The notes: generated by a model not told the origin, from the sequence alone. Positions 9,754 to 19,621 are shown, counted from the stretch's first letter. The stretch: 64,000 nt of DNA from Thermodesulfatator sp. (GCA_027064165.1 JAMOQE010000045.1:8504-72503); one strand, 5' to 3'. Program-made: numbers and translations.

Positions 9754-10702
9754 ATTCTTTATAAATTTTTCTGAGCTCTTCTATACTTTCTGCTGATTTT
9801 ATTCCTTCGCTTATTGCTTCAAGCACATCTACATCTTCTATCTTCTTAATTTCGGGATAAATCTTTAAGCCTTCTGTCCCGAACTTTAACTCAAGACCTA
9901 ATTCTATTGCCTTTAAAAGTCCGTGCCGTATTCCCTGCTGTATTCCCTGCTCTATACCTTTTTTTATACCTATCTTCTCTGCCGTAGTTATGTACGGCAT
10001 TTTCTTCTCCTCCTCATATTTTATTATCTCCTGATGAAATTTCTCGCTTAACTCCTCGGGTAACTTTACCAACCAATCTATAAATTTATATAATAACAAA
10101 ATATCTCTCTTTTGGTAGCCCTTCTCATATAATTTCTTTACCAGGGTTATCTTCCAGAAAAGCCTTTTATCCATATCACCTTTTATTTCCGTCTCCTTTA
10201 AATGTGCCATTACTATCACTGCAAAAGGATTTTTACTCTTTTCAAGTTCGTTCCACATTCCCCTGTAATCTAAAATCTTTACTACTGGAAATTTAAACTT
10301 TAACTCAAATCCCTAATATACCCTTTCATATCTATCAGCTTTAAAACTTTTTACATCATCAGCTAATATTGCTGCTAAACTCACCACATCCACACCATAA
10401 CGATCAAATATCCGATAATTATAAATAAACATCCTCTTAGGGAGGTCCCTGTCATAATATCCCTGTACCTCTATATGAATAAGGAGCCATTTTTCGGAAC
10501 CATCCCTCAAATATACCTTTACCAGAATATCAGCTAATCTCTTCCCTATCTCTGCATCCTTGGTAACTTTTTCAAGTTCCTTATCCAGAAACTCATATCC
10601 TTTTTCAAAATCTATATCCTTGGCAATTTCAGGAAAAAAGAATTCCATAAACTCTTGAAAATAAATCTCTATTGCTTCTTTCCATACGCTATCCTGCTGC
10701 AT
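9731..10702 (-). pseudogene. Rpn/YhgA-like PD-(D/E)XK recombination-promoting nuclease / putative transposase with a DUF4351-like tail, interrupted by one in-frame TAG
   Basis: ORFs 10313..10702 and 9731..10258 share one reading frame. The 54 nt between them are open, and the only interruption is TAG at 10313..10315. The conceptual read-through is ...ADRYERVY*GFELKFKFPVVKILDYRGMWNELEKSKNPFAVIVMAHL... Confidence 0.7.
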
Positions 10703-10797
10703 AATTTTTCCTTAAACCCTGTTTACTCTTCTAACAAAAGGCAGGAAACAATGCCCTTATATTATCTCCTTGAATAAATTACAAATCTTTACTGGAT

Positions 10798-11568
10798 TTA
10801 TAACTTAGTAGCAATTATATACAAAAATACACCGATTAAAGAAAAAACCAAGTCCCTTTTTTGAAACTTAAAGTGGACATACACAGGAAGGGTGCCGTTA
10901 AATCCCCTGCAGAGCATTGCTTTGTAAACTCTGTCTGCCCTTTTGTAGCTTTTAACGAGAAGGTTTGCAAGGATATAAGCAAGGGTCCGATAGGTCTTTA
11001 AAGAAGTTTTGCTTTCAAACCCTCTTGCCCTGGCAGACTTTAGCATCAGATGATACTCCTCCTGAACAGTATGGACATAACGATAAGTAAAGAAAAATAA
11101 AGCAACCAATTTATCAGGTAATTTAAGATGATGCAGGGCGTGGAATAAAGAAAATACCCTGGTTGTGGAAATTAAAAAAAGCATAAGTATAAGAATAAGA
11201 TTGGATTTAAAAATTAAAAGCAATCCGTATTTAAGAGCAGGTATAGAAAGAGAAAGGCCTGCTATGTAAAAAAGTGGAGGTTCTCTATAAGTAAGAAGCA
11301 TGGAAATTACTATAAGGAACAAAAAAGTATTGGCCAAAAAAAGGAGTTTTAAACCTTTTACTCCTCTGAAACCAGCTAAAAAAAAGAGAAACAGGGGGAA
11401 AATAGCGTATCTTCCTGCTTCTCCAAAATCCTTGGCCACGGCTATAGTCCAGGCATAAAGAAAAAAAAGAAGAATTTTAACTCTTGGATCTATTCGGTTT
11501 AAAATGCCCTTTTCAAGGGCTAAGCTATTTTCCATTTTTTCTGGCATATACGAGAGCTGCTCCTCCAA
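10798..11568 (-). CDS. cbiQ: ECF transporter T component (CbiQ/NikQ)
   Basis: Polytopic protein with IDPRVK near the N-terminus and the ARARGF motif typical of CbiQ. The true start may be an internal Met (MENSLAL..., nt 11535). Confidence 0.8.
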   Translation of the reverse strand: MEEQLSYMPEKMENSLALEKGILNRIDPRVKILLFFLYAWTIAVAKDFGEAGRYAIFPLFLFFLAGFRGVKGLKLLFLANTFLFLIVISMLLTYREPPLFYIAGLSLSIPALKYGLLLIFKSNLILILMLFLISTTRVFSLFHALHHLKLPDKLVALFFFTYRYVHTVQEEYHLMLKSARARGFESKTSLKTYRTLAYILANLLVKSYKRADRVYKAMLCRGFNGTLPVYVHFKFQKRDLVFSLIGVFLYIIATKL

Positions 11569-12115
11569 AAATTCCTAAAATCCAGCCCAGCCCTGAAAAT
11601 ACATCTTTAAAACTTACAGAAGAAAGTTCTTTTTTAATCCCAAGAAGTTCTTGATGAATGGGCTTTAGCTCCCTTTTAAGTTCTTCTCTAACTATTTGTC
11701 TAAGTTTATTTTCAGAAATAGAAGCTGTAACATCAAGCTGCTCCTGTTTTTTTCCAGGCTCTTCAGATTTTTCCGCAATTTGCTCTTCCTCACCTGTAAA
11801 ATCCTCTTTTTTTACTTCAGCCACTGCTCTATGCCCAAGCTCTGCATTTACTACCACCTTGTAATTATCTGGCTTAGGTACGGTAAACACAAATTTTCCA
11901 TTTAAATCGGTCTGCCCTTTAAGAATCAACTTACCTGTAGAGTCATACACTTCTACTTGTCCTTTCTTCACAGGGGTGCCATCACTGAAATAAGAATACA
12001 CAGTAACTTTATTACCTTCCACATCCAGAAAAGCAGATATTTTATGGGCAAAAGCAAGGGAAGATAAAAAAACAGAGGCCCAAAACAAAAATAAATTAAA
12101 CAATACCTTTTTCAT
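11525..12115 (-). CDS. NikL-like accessory component (signal peptide, transthyretin-like beta domain, acidic linker, C-terminal TM)
   Basis: ATG at 12115 is preceded by GAGGAGG; the ORF-track start at 12136 is a TTG directly after the cbiM stop. Its position between the M and Q genes matches the NikKMLQO arrangement. Confidence 0.45.
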   Translation of the reverse strand: MKKVLFNLFLFWASVFLSSLAFAHKISAFLDVEGNKVTVYSYFSDGTPVKKGQVEVYDSTGKLILKGQTDLNGKFVFTVPKPDNYKVVVNAELGHRAVAEVKKEDFTGEEEQIAEKSEEPGKKQEQLDVTASISENKLRQIVREELKRELKPIHQELLGIKKELSSVSFKDVFSGLGWILGIFGGAALVYARKNGK

Positions 12116-12136
12116 CACTTTTCCTCCTCTTTCCAA

Positions 12137-12742
12137 TCACTTCCATTCTTCAAGTATTTCAGGAGCCACACGTTTTAAAAATAAAAGAATAAAAAAATTG
12201 ATAACTCCCTCTATAGCAGCAACAGGGATGTGAAGAAGCACAATAAGCTTAGCGGTTTCTTTGAAGGATTCACCAGTAGCAAGAAGCTCTCCTGCCACCA
12301 AAAAGCCTGCCCCCATTATGGCAATTATTGCAGCAAGAAAGCTTCCTATCAAAATATACGCCTTGCTCTGCTTTTTAAGCAAAGGCTTACAAATATAATA
12401 AGCAATTACGGCAGGAAAAGCCATGTTAAAGGTATTTACTCCAAGAACAGTAAGCCCTCCAAACTGAAAAAGCACGGCCTGTAGAAATAGTCCTACCAAG
12501 AGCACAGGGAAAACAATCCAGCCCAGAATTATTCCTGCAAGGCCATTTAGAATAAGATGCACACTACCCACTCCAACAGGCACATGCACAAGGGAAGCTA
12601 CGAAAAATACGGCGGAAAGGAGCCCCGCTACAGGGATTCTGGAGTGATCAAGCTTTTTTAAGCCCAGGGCGACTCCACAGGCTGTAGCAGCATAGCCAGA
12701 AGCAAGGAGCCACCCTGGAAGTACTCCTTCTGAAATGTGCAT
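12137..12742 (-). CDS. cbiM: ECF transporter substrate-capture component CbiM/NikM
   Basis: The MHISEGVLP N-terminus is the hallmark metal-binding start of CbiM/NikM. The protein is 201 aa with multiple TM helices. Confidence 0.85.
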   Translation of the reverse strand: MHISEGVLPGWLLASGYAATACGVALGLKKLDHSRIPVAGLLSAVFFVASLVHVPVGVGSVHLILNGLAGIILGWIVFPVLLVGLFLQAVLFQFGGLTVLGVNTFNMAFPAVIAYYICKPLLKKQSKAYILIGSFLAAIIAIMGAGFLVAGELLATGESFKETAKLIVLLHIPVAAIEGVINFFILLFLKRVAPEILEEWK

Positions 12743-12743
12743 T

Positions 12744-13529
12744 TTACTTTACTCCTCTGGGCTTGGGATATGCCTTGATCCAGAGCACTGCATCAAGCTC
12801 TACGGGATACTCCTTTCCGTCTTTATAACGGAGCTTTCCTCCATCTCCAAGGGCAGAAAAGCCCCACCAACCTGCCCAGGGGATAGTGTACTCAAAATAG
12901 CCATTTTCATCGGTTTTCACCACCTGAGTAATAAATGGATCTGCAGGCACTTTTACTCCACGCTTGTTATAATACTCTACTTCAACATCAATATTGGCAG
13001 CAGGCTTTCCATTGATAAATACCCTTCCTCTGAAGGTATTTCCTTCCCAGATGCCAAAAGGCCTGGTAAGAGGAACAATTTCTGCCTTGAGTCCAATAGG
13101 CTGATCCCATCCATCCTCCATGCCAAAGGCCTCTACATAAACTTTGGCAATCTGTTTAATAAACTTCTGTTCTGCCGGTTCAAAATAAGGCTCAGGATCC
13201 ACATAAAACTGATAAACTCCAGGTCTTCTTATTTTAAACCTTGTTTTATAAAGAGGAACTTTCTTCTTGCTTCCTTTTAAAGCCGGTATGAGCTCTTCTT
13301 TCCATTTCAATTTATATTTTTTACCATTTATAACTACTCCAGAGTCTATTATGTGATAATCCATATTAGGCCCACCTTCCATGGGATGGGTAAACCAGGT
13401 TTTCAAACATACAATCCTTTTTCCTTCTTCCAAAATATCTGTATTTGGTTTTAAAAGCACAAAATGAGCCTGAGCTACTGAAGCTGTTAAAAAAATACCA
13501 GAAATTACTCCTACAATAAGCTTCCTCAT
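12744..13529 (-). CDS. NikK-like periplasmic component (DUF4198 family)
   Basis: Signal peptide ending ...SVAQAHF followed by a beta-rich body, as in DUF4198 nickel-uptake proteins. It is the first gene of the cluster, and its stop lies 1 nt from the cbiM start. Confidence 0.6.
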   Translation of the reverse strand: MRKLIVGVISGIFLTASVAQAHFVLLKPNTDILEEGKRIVCLKTWFTHPMEGGPNMDYHIIDSGVVINGKKYKLKWKEELIPALKGSKKKVPLYKTRFKIRRPGVYQFYVDPEPYFEPAEQKFIKQIAKVYVEAFGMEDGWDQPIGLKAEIVPLTRPFGIWEGNTFRGRVFINGKPAANIDVEVEYYNKRGVKVPADPFITQVVKTDENGYFEYTIPWAGWWGFSALGDGGKLRYKDGKEYPVELDAVLWIKAYPKPRGVK

Positions 13530-13589
13530 CTTCTACACCTCCTTTAAAAAATTTTTTAAAATTTTTGTTACATTTTTTTAACTAAAAAG

Positions 13590-13618
13590 ATTTTATATTA
13601 ATATTTTATAAAAGTCAA
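13590..13618 (-). promoter_or_regulatory. Sigma70-like promoter candidate for the nik/cbi operon
   Basis: On the minus strand: TTGACT (13618..13613), a 17-nt spacer, then TAAAAT (13595..13590). It lies about 60 nt upstream of the nikK-like ATG at 13529. Confidence 0.35.
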
Positions 13619-13963
13619 GATAAAAGTGATTAAAATTTTAAAAAAGTAACAACAAAAGTTAGGTTGACATTTTTTGAACTTTTCAAGGCTTATCTAACAT
13701 CTCAAAACTGCCTTCCAGCCTCCGAGCAATTGTGAGAAATGAAAGAAAAGGCTAAGGAAATAATGGAGCTCTTTGAAGACAAAACAATCCGTCTGTGTGA
13801 AAGGTGCTGTAAGCCTGTTATTCACTTGGGCTATGGCTCCAGGAAAAAGCTTCTCAAGAGAAGGACATTTGCCCTCCTGCAATACAAAAAGCTCGCCTAT
13901 ATTCGTAATATTCGGTTCAAGGACAAGGAAATAAGAAGAACTATTCTCCTGGAAAGAATGGTG

Positions 13964-15274
13964 CTAAAATGTTTTTTTCCAGCTTTTAATATATTCAAGG
14001 GCTCTTCCCGAGAGTTTAAGCCACTTTTCCTTTTTTGGGAGCCTTTTCAAACCCTTTGGCAAAGGAGGCAAAAGCCCCCAGTTTACATTCATGGGCTGAA
14101 AGTGTTCAGGATCTGCAGAAGTAATGTAATGCACCAGAGCACCTATGGCAGTTTCCCTGGGAGGTACAAGAAGTGGCCTTCCTTTTGCCAGCCTTGCAGC
14201 GTTTATTCCAGCTAAAAGCCCCATGGCTGTGGATTCCACATAACCTTCCACTCCTGTTATCTGTCCTGCCAGAAAAATCTTTTCTGACTTTTTTAAATTA
14301 AGAAATGAAGTAAGTACCCTGGGAGAATTCACAAAAGTATTTCTGTGTATAGAGCCAAACCTCGCAAACTCTGCGTTTTCAAGCCCTGGAATCAGTCTAA
14401 AAACCCTCTTTTGCTCGGTATATTTCAATTTTGTTTGAAAACCCACCATATTGTAGAGGGTTTTTTCTTTATTTTCTGGCCTGAGCTGCACCACAGCATA
14501 AGGCTCTTTACCTGTCCTCGGATCAACTAAACCTACAGGCTTCATAGGCCCATATCTTAATGTCTCTATTCCCCTCTCAGCCATTACTTCAATGGGAAGA
14601 CATCCCTCAAAATACTTAGGCTTTTCAAATGAATGAAGTGGTACTTTTTCAGCATTCAAAAGCTCCTGTACAAATTTTTCGTACTCCTCTTTTGTCAGAG
14701 GACAATTCACATAAGCCCCTTCTTTATCAGAGTATCTATCCTGAATAAATACTTTCTTCCAGTTGATAGAATCTGCATATACTATAGGAGAGAGTGCATC
14801 ATAAAAATGTAAATAAGGTTCACCTATTAAATTTAAAAGCTCCCTGCTAAGACATTCAGAAGTAAGTGGCCCGGAAGCAATTACTACTATTTCATCCTCA
14901 GGTATTTTACATACTTCTTTTCTTATTACATTAATCAATGGATGACTTTCTATTTTTTTTGTAATATAGGCAGAAAACTTCTCCCTATCTACAATCAGGG
15001 ATTTTCCTCCCTCTATCTGGGCATTCTCAGCAGCTTCCATGATAAGTGAATTCAATCTTTTAAGTTCTTCTTTAAGAAGGCCTACGGCCTTTGTAAGGTC
15101 CCTTGCTCTTAAAGAATTTGAACATACCAGCTCTGCAAGTTTATCAGTGCGATGAGCAGGCGTAAATTTCTGGGGACGCATTTCATAAAGAACAACTTCT
15201 ATGCCCTGATTTGCTATTTGCCAGGCAGCTTCAGAGCCCGCAAGCCCCCCACCTATGACTATGACCTTTTTCAT
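13964..15274 (-). CDS. trmFO: Methylenetetrahydrofolate--tRNA-(uracil-5-)-methyltransferase TrmFO
   Basis: VIGGGLAGSEAAWQ FAD-binding start and the ELVCSNSLR motif. At 436 aa it matches full-length TrmFO/Gid. Confidence 0.9.
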   Translation of the reverse strand: MKKVIVIGGGLAGSEAAWQIANQGIEVVLYEMRPQKFTPAHRTDKLAELVCSNSLRARDLTKAVGLLKEELKRLNSLIMEAAENAQIEGGKSLIVDREKFSAYITKKIESHPLINVIRKEVCKIPEDEIVVIASGPLTSECLSRELLNLIGEPYLHFYDALSPIVYADSINWKKVFIQDRYSDKEGAYVNCPLTKEEYEKFVQELLNAEKVPLHSFEKPKYFEGCLPIEVMAERGIETLRYGPMKPVGLVDPRTGKEPYAVVQLRPENKEKTLYNMVGFQTKLKYTEQKRVFRLIPGLENAEFARFGSIHRNTFVNSPRVLTSFLNLKKSEKIFLAGQITGVEGYVESTAMGLLAGINAARLAKGRPLLVPPRETAIGALVHYITSADPEHFQPMNVNWGLLPPLPKGLKRLPKKEKWLKLSGRALEYIKSWKKTF

Positions 15275-15279
15275 TGAAA

Positions 15280-16980
15280 TTAATAATCTACTCCGGGAAT
15301 TTCTACACTTACAATTTTAGGAGTGATAAATACCATGAGTTCTGTTTTATGATCACTCCTGTCTTTTTTCTTAAAAAGATGGCCTAAACCCAAAATTCTC
15401 CCAAATCCTGGTACTTGCTGAGTATTTTCACTTATATCCTTGACTTTTATTCCTCCTATTACTAAAGTTTCTCCACTATTAACCCATACCCTGGTTTTGG
15501 CATATCTTGTAATCACCGTGGGCACCCCATTTACCATGGTACCAAAGTCCGGAGTATTCTTTTCAACTTCTATATCTAAGTTTATTCTATTATCCACAGT
15601 ACCATGCGGAGTAACTTTCAATCTTATCACAGCATCTACAAACTCTGTGGTAGCCACACCATTTTCATTAAGTTTTAAATAAGGAATTTTCTTACCCTGT
15701 TTTATCTCTGCTTCCTGATTATCCAAAGCCAGAATTCTTGGGGCGGAAATAATTCTTGCTACACCTTCATTTTCAAGAGCCGAAAGTTTTAAATCCAAAA
15801 TATTGGTGGATCTCCCCACTTTTCCTATTACAAACCCCAGGGTAGGCCCGGCTCCACCACCCAAATCCACAATAGCATCTCCACCTAAAACTGTTGTACC
15901 TCCAGAAATGGTAACATCAGAAAGATTCCAGGTAATCCCCAGTTTATGCGTATAAGACTCCTCTATTTCAACTATTCGTGCTTCTATTAAAACTTGCTTA
16001 TTGGGCCTATCAATCTTTTTTATAAGACTACCAACCTCTTCAAGAATACCTTTAGATGCTTTAACTATTATAGAATTAGAAACTGCATCAGACGTAACTG
16101 TCCCTTTATCTCCAACTATGTCGTCTATCTGATCAACCACTTCAGATGTTTTTAGATATTTCAATTTAAAAACTTTAGTCACAAGTATTCCTTCTTCTTT
16201 TATCTTTTTTAAAGAGTCTATGTAAGCTTTATATTGCTCACTTTCTGCCTTTAGTTCAGAAATAGGTGCTATTCTCACCACATTGCCTACTTTTGCCATG
16301 GCCAGACCATTGGTGGCTAAAATTATATCTAAAACTTCATCCCATGGGACTTTATTCAATTTTAAAGTAATAGAACCTTTTACTTTATCACTCACTACCA
16401 GATTAAATCCGCCTATTTCTGCAAGCATTCTTAAAACAGCATGAATATCAGCATTCTGAAAATCTACAGAAATGGGTTGGCCTTTGTATTTTTTGGATAA
16501 AGGAATCTTTATATGCTCAGCACCCATTTGAGGAATTTTATAAGCTGGATAAACATAACTCTTTTTTACTTTTTTCCCAATTATTTTTATTTGCTTTGGC
16601 TTTTTAGGAGAAGGATAAAATAAGTTTAAGATTAAATTCGTTTCAAATACACTGGCTTTAAAGTTAAAAGGCTTTGAAAGTTTGAAAGAAATTATTAAAT
16701 TTTTGTTTTTTAACATTATGTTTACTTTCCTAAAAATATTTTTAGGAAGTTCACTTATCCATCTGGAGTTACTTCCCGGAAGAGTATTTTTAAATTTTAT
16801 TGTTAAAAAATTAGCTTTTTGGATTATTTCATACTCTGGCAGGCACTTCAAACTGAATATAAGAGTATTTCCGGGTTCTTGTAAAAATAACACTTCGTTC
16901 AGGACATTGATCTGAGCCCATGCTACTCTAACAAAAATGCTATATAAAATAATAAACAAAATTAGTTTTATGCCTTTCAT
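15280..16980 (-). CDS. pilQ: Type IV pilus secretin PilQ
   Basis: Signal peptide, AMIN-like N-terminal region, and a secretin C-terminus (VPGFGRILGLGHLFKK...ELMVFITPKIV). Confidence 0.9.
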   Translation of the reverse strand: MKGIKLILFIILYSIFVRVAWAQINVLNEVLFLQEPGNTLIFSLKCLPEYEIIQKANFLTIKFKNTLPGSNSRWISELPKNIFRKVNIMLKNKNLIISFKLSKPFNFKASVFETNLILNLFYPSPKKPKQIKIIGKKVKKSYVYPAYKIPQMGAEHIKIPLSKKYKGQPISVDFQNADIHAVLRMLAEIGGFNLVVSDKVKGSITLKLNKVPWDEVLDIILATNGLAMAKVGNVVRIAPISELKAESEQYKAYIDSLKKIKEEGILVTKVFKLKYLKTSEVVDQIDDIVGDKGTVTSDAVSNSIIVKASKGILEEVGSLIKKIDRPNKQVLIEARIVEIEESYTHKLGITWNLSDVTISGGTTVLGGDAIVDLGGGAGPTLGFVIGKVGRSTNILDLKLSALENEGVARIISAPRILALDNQEAEIKQGKKIPYLKLNENGVATTEFVDAVIRLKVTPHGTVDNRINLDIEVEKNTPDFGTMVNGVPTVITRYAKTRVWVNSGETLVIGGIKVKDISENTQQVPGFGRILGLGHLFKKKDRSDHKTELMVFITPKIVSVEIPGVDY

Positions 16981-17424
16981 TTATAACTCCTTTTCCAAAC
17001 TTATTTTCTCTACTTCTTTTATTTTGTTCCCAAATATATCGTATTTCTCTCTTTCTACTAAAATGTAACTTTCTGCTATCTTTATTACTACAAAATTTCC
17101 TATCTTTGTTCCTACTTTAACAATATACCCTTTAGAAAAAGGATCCTGCAATAATGCTATATTTCCATTTTTAGTTCTAATAATCCCTACTAATTTAAAA
17201 GGCTTAACTCCTCCTTTATTTCTAAAATATTTTTGATAAGTCAATCCAAAAAATGGATTATTAAGCTTTTTTAAATTTAAAACATATGGTTTTCTTTTTA
17301 TTTCTCTCCTCCACAACTCCAGTTCTTTTTTTACACTCTTAACTGACAAACTTCCAGCATAACCAAAAATAGGTAAATTAATAAATAAAAATAATGCCAA
17401 AAATAAGTAAACTTTTCGTTTCAT
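16981..17424 (-). CDS. pilP: PilP-like pilus assembly lipoprotein
   Basis: Small secreted protein lying between pilO and pilQ. The call rests on position more than on sequence. Confidence 0.5.
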   Translation of the reverse strand: MKRKVYLFLALFLFINLPIFGYAGSLSVKSVKKELELWRREIKRKPYVLNLKKLNNPFFGLTYQKYFRNKGGVKPFKLVGIIRTKNGNIALLQDPFSKGYIVKVGTKIGNFVVIKIAESYILVEREKYDIFGNKIKEVEKISLEKEL

Positions 17425-18011
17425 TTTCTTTTCTTTCCTGTATATTTAAAGGTGTGAAAAGTGGCGCTTACAATTAAAGTCTGAGTCTTGGGCTCCGGTT
17501 TAAATTCAATTTTATTTAATACCACCAATCTTTCCATTTCTTCCACCTGATTTAAAAAATTCATAACACTTTCATAATTACCCTGAAAACGCATATCAAG
17601 AGGAATTATATTATAATAATCTCTTTTTATTTCACTACCTGGCCTGAAAGACAAAACTGCCAGGCCATTTTTTTTAGCTGTCTGTGCAATATTCTTTAAA
17701 AGACCCGGAATTTCTTTCTCATCCGGGAGAATCCCTTTAATTTCTTCTAAAAATACTCTTCTTAATTTTAAAGCCTGTTCTAAATCTCTATAGCGCCTGG
17801 AAATCCTTTTATACATATCTATTTGAGATTGCAAACTTTTTATATCTCCTTCAAGTCTTTTAATTTTTTCTTTCAAAGGAGCAAAATAAAGCCTATAATA
17901 CAAAAAAAGAGGCAAAATGATAGAGATTAACAAAAGAAGTATTTTTTCTCTCCGTGTAGCTGTCTCTTCCCAATCTTTTAATTTTAACCATAAATCTTTT
18001 AATCTTTCCAT
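17421..18011 (-). CDS. pilO: Type IV pilus assembly protein PilO
   Basis: N-terminal TM, a coiled-coil segment and a ferredoxin-like C-terminal part. It sits in the pilMNOPQ order and overlaps pilP by 4 nt. Confidence 0.6.
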   Translation of the reverse strand: MERLKDLWLKLKDWEETATRREKILLLLISIILPLFLYYRLYFAPLKEKIKRLEGDIKSLQSQIDMYKRISRRYRDLEQALKLRRVFLEEIKGILPDEKEIPGLLKNIAQTAKKNGLAVLSFRPGSEIKRDYYNIIPLDMRFQGNYESVMNFLNQVEEMERLVVLNKIEFKPEPKTQTLIVSATFHTFKYTGKKRK

Positions 18012-18014
18012 TTT

Positions 18015-18572
18015 TTAAAACCTTATTTCTGTATTAAACTCAACCAATGTTAACTCTTTAATCTTTTTTCTATGTGTATTTTTCAAATCTACTGACTTAA
18101 AGATCTTTTTTTGAATTTCTAAAGCTTTTAAATAGTTTGCAACTTCTTCCAGATCAAGAGCAAGCGCTTGCAAAGAAACCACACCTTCTCTTATGCTCAA
18201 ATTTTTAAATAAAATTTTATTATTACCTATAGAACTAACCAAAACATCGTACACTTTTAAAAATCTGCCCTGTTTTTTCTTTAAAGACACAATAGTCTTA
18301 ATCTTTTGTTTTATTTCTTCATTTTGCTTTTCAAGCAATTTTACTTTTCTGGCTATTTTTTTATATTTTTCTAATTCTGCCAGTTTCATTTTTTTGATTC
18401 TTTGGTATTTCCGCTCTTTATGAGTAAGCCAGAGTCCGCTACCAATAATAATCACCGTGACTACAGCTAATAGCAGGAACAAAAAACCCAAATACCCAAT
18501 ACTTCTAAAACCTAATTTTTTTTCTTCTTCAATTTTTTCAGAAACGGGGACTAAATTAAACTTTATTATCAT
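18015..18572 (-). CDS. pilN: Type IV pilus assembly protein PilN
   Basis: Short cytoplasmic N-terminus (FNLVP), a single TM and a coiled coil. It overlaps pilM by 4 nt. Confidence 0.6.
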   Translation of the reverse strand: MIIKFNLVPVSEKIEEEKKLGFRSIGYLGFLFLLLAVVTVIIIGSGLWLTHKERKYQRIKKMKLAELEKYKKIARKVKLLEKQNEEIKQKIKTIVSLKKKQGRFLKVYDVLVSSIGNNKILFKNLSIREGVVSLQALALDLEEVANYLKALEIQKKIFKSVDLKNTHRKKIKELTLVEFNTEIRF

Positions 18573-19621
18573 ATAAATTCCTTTATACCTATGCCTATAG
18601 TTATTGCTCCTTGAGTATTTATGACTTGCAAATATTCTGGGCTAATATTTTCAGCAATTTTAACTTTTTTACTAATGTCAAAAAATTTAACCTCTTTATT
18701 AAATCTTTGAGCAATTAATTCTTTAATTCCACAGATTCTTGCCCCACCTCCTACCAGAAATATATCAGATATTTCTAAATTATATTTCCGAGAAGCTATA
18801 TCAAATCCGTACTCAAACTCAGTGAAAACTTCTTCCAGATACTCTCTAAAAATTTCTTTTACTTTATCCCTTCTATCTGTAGACAAAGGATCTACCATAA
18901 TCTTTTCTGCCTCCTCTGAAGAAATATGAAGTTTATCTTTCAACTTATCTTTAAATGTTTTCAAGCCTAACAAAAAAAGTTCCCTTGCATAAACTGGAGT
19001 ACTTTTATTAGAAAAAAACAATTTGATCTTACTAAAACCCCAATCTATAATAAGCCTCGGACCGTCTCCATACAAATGCTCTGCAAGATTATGAAGACTA
19101 ACGAAATCCACATCAATATTAATTACTTTATAATGTAAGCTATCAAAAAATTTTATATATTTGTCTATCACATTTTTTTTAGCTACTAAATAATAAACCT
19201 CATACTCTTCTCGCACAGGCAAAATGTAATAGCTATAATAAACATCATCAATTTTATAAGGAATTTCTTCATCTATCATTTCTTTTATTTTCTTTTTTTC
19301 TAACATTTCTGCATGGGTTGTAAAACTCCCTATAATTACCAATTCATAAGGCAAAGCCAGATAAATTTTTTTTGAAGGGCTTGAAATATTAGAAATTAAA
19401 TTCTGAAAATTGGTTTTTAATAGTTTTTCGTCATTGATTATCCCATTTATAAGAACATTTTCATAGGTACGTGCCTGAACAAAACCAGTCAATACAGGCT
19501 CATCATTTAGGATTTGAAATTCTGCCAGTTTAAGAGAGTAACTACCAAAGTCTACAGCAAGAAACTTTTCTTTCTTAATGAAAGATAATAATCTTTTAAA
19601 CATTAAAAGGTATATTAACAA
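18569..19621 (-). CDS. pilM: Type IV pilus assembly ATPase-fold protein PilM
   Basis: Actin-like fold motifs (AVDFGSYSLKLAEF, FLVGGGARI). The more likely start is Met7 at nt 19603. Confidence 0.8.
   Translation of the reverse strand: MLIYLLMFKRLLSFIKKEKFLAVDFGSYSLKLAEFQILNDEPVLTGFVQARTYENVLINGIINDEKLLKTNFQNLISNISSPSKKIYLALPYELVIIGSFTTHAEMLEKKKIKEMIDEEIPYKIDDVYYSYYILPVREEYEVYYLVAKKNVIDKYIKFFDSLHYKVINIDVDFVSLHNLAEHLYGDGPRLIIDWGFSKIKLFFSNKSTPVYARELFLLGLKTFKDKLKDKLHISSEEAEKIMVDPLSTDRRDKVKEIFREYLEEVFTEFEYGFDIASRKYNLEISDIFLVGGGARICGIKELIAQRFNKEVKFFDISKKVKIAENISPEYLQVINTQGAITIGIGIKEFI

Noticed and set aside
13620-13963. Possible cobalamin or NiCo riboswitch in front of the nickel/cobalt transporter operon
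   Set aside because: Reading the minus strand, I could not find the cobalamin core (GGGAA...GGTG.AA..CC, or the GCCACTG B12 box) or the paired GGGACAG-type NiCo junction motifs. The best promoter candidate (13590..13618) also lies downstream of this segment. A covariance-model scan (Rfam RF00174, RF02683) would settle it.
10313-13966. Idea that TAG is recoded or read through (for example as pyrrolysine), because two TAGs (10313 and 13964) are followed by long in-frame open sequence
   Set aside because: TAG also terminates several other genes here at plausible natural ends: the ferredoxin gene (21749), aroC (47296), the PHP gene (56914), the TonB-like gene (57010) and the NikL-like gene (11525). 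No pyl genes are visible. A pseudogene (Rpn) plus coincidence or a gene remnant (trmFO) is the simpler reading.
13739-14215. 158-aa plus-strand ORF starting in the trmFO-nik spacer
   Set aside because: Its 3' two-thirds run antisense through the well-supported trmFO C-terminus, so it is not credible as a gene. Its openness within the spacer is still noted in the finding on 13530..13963.
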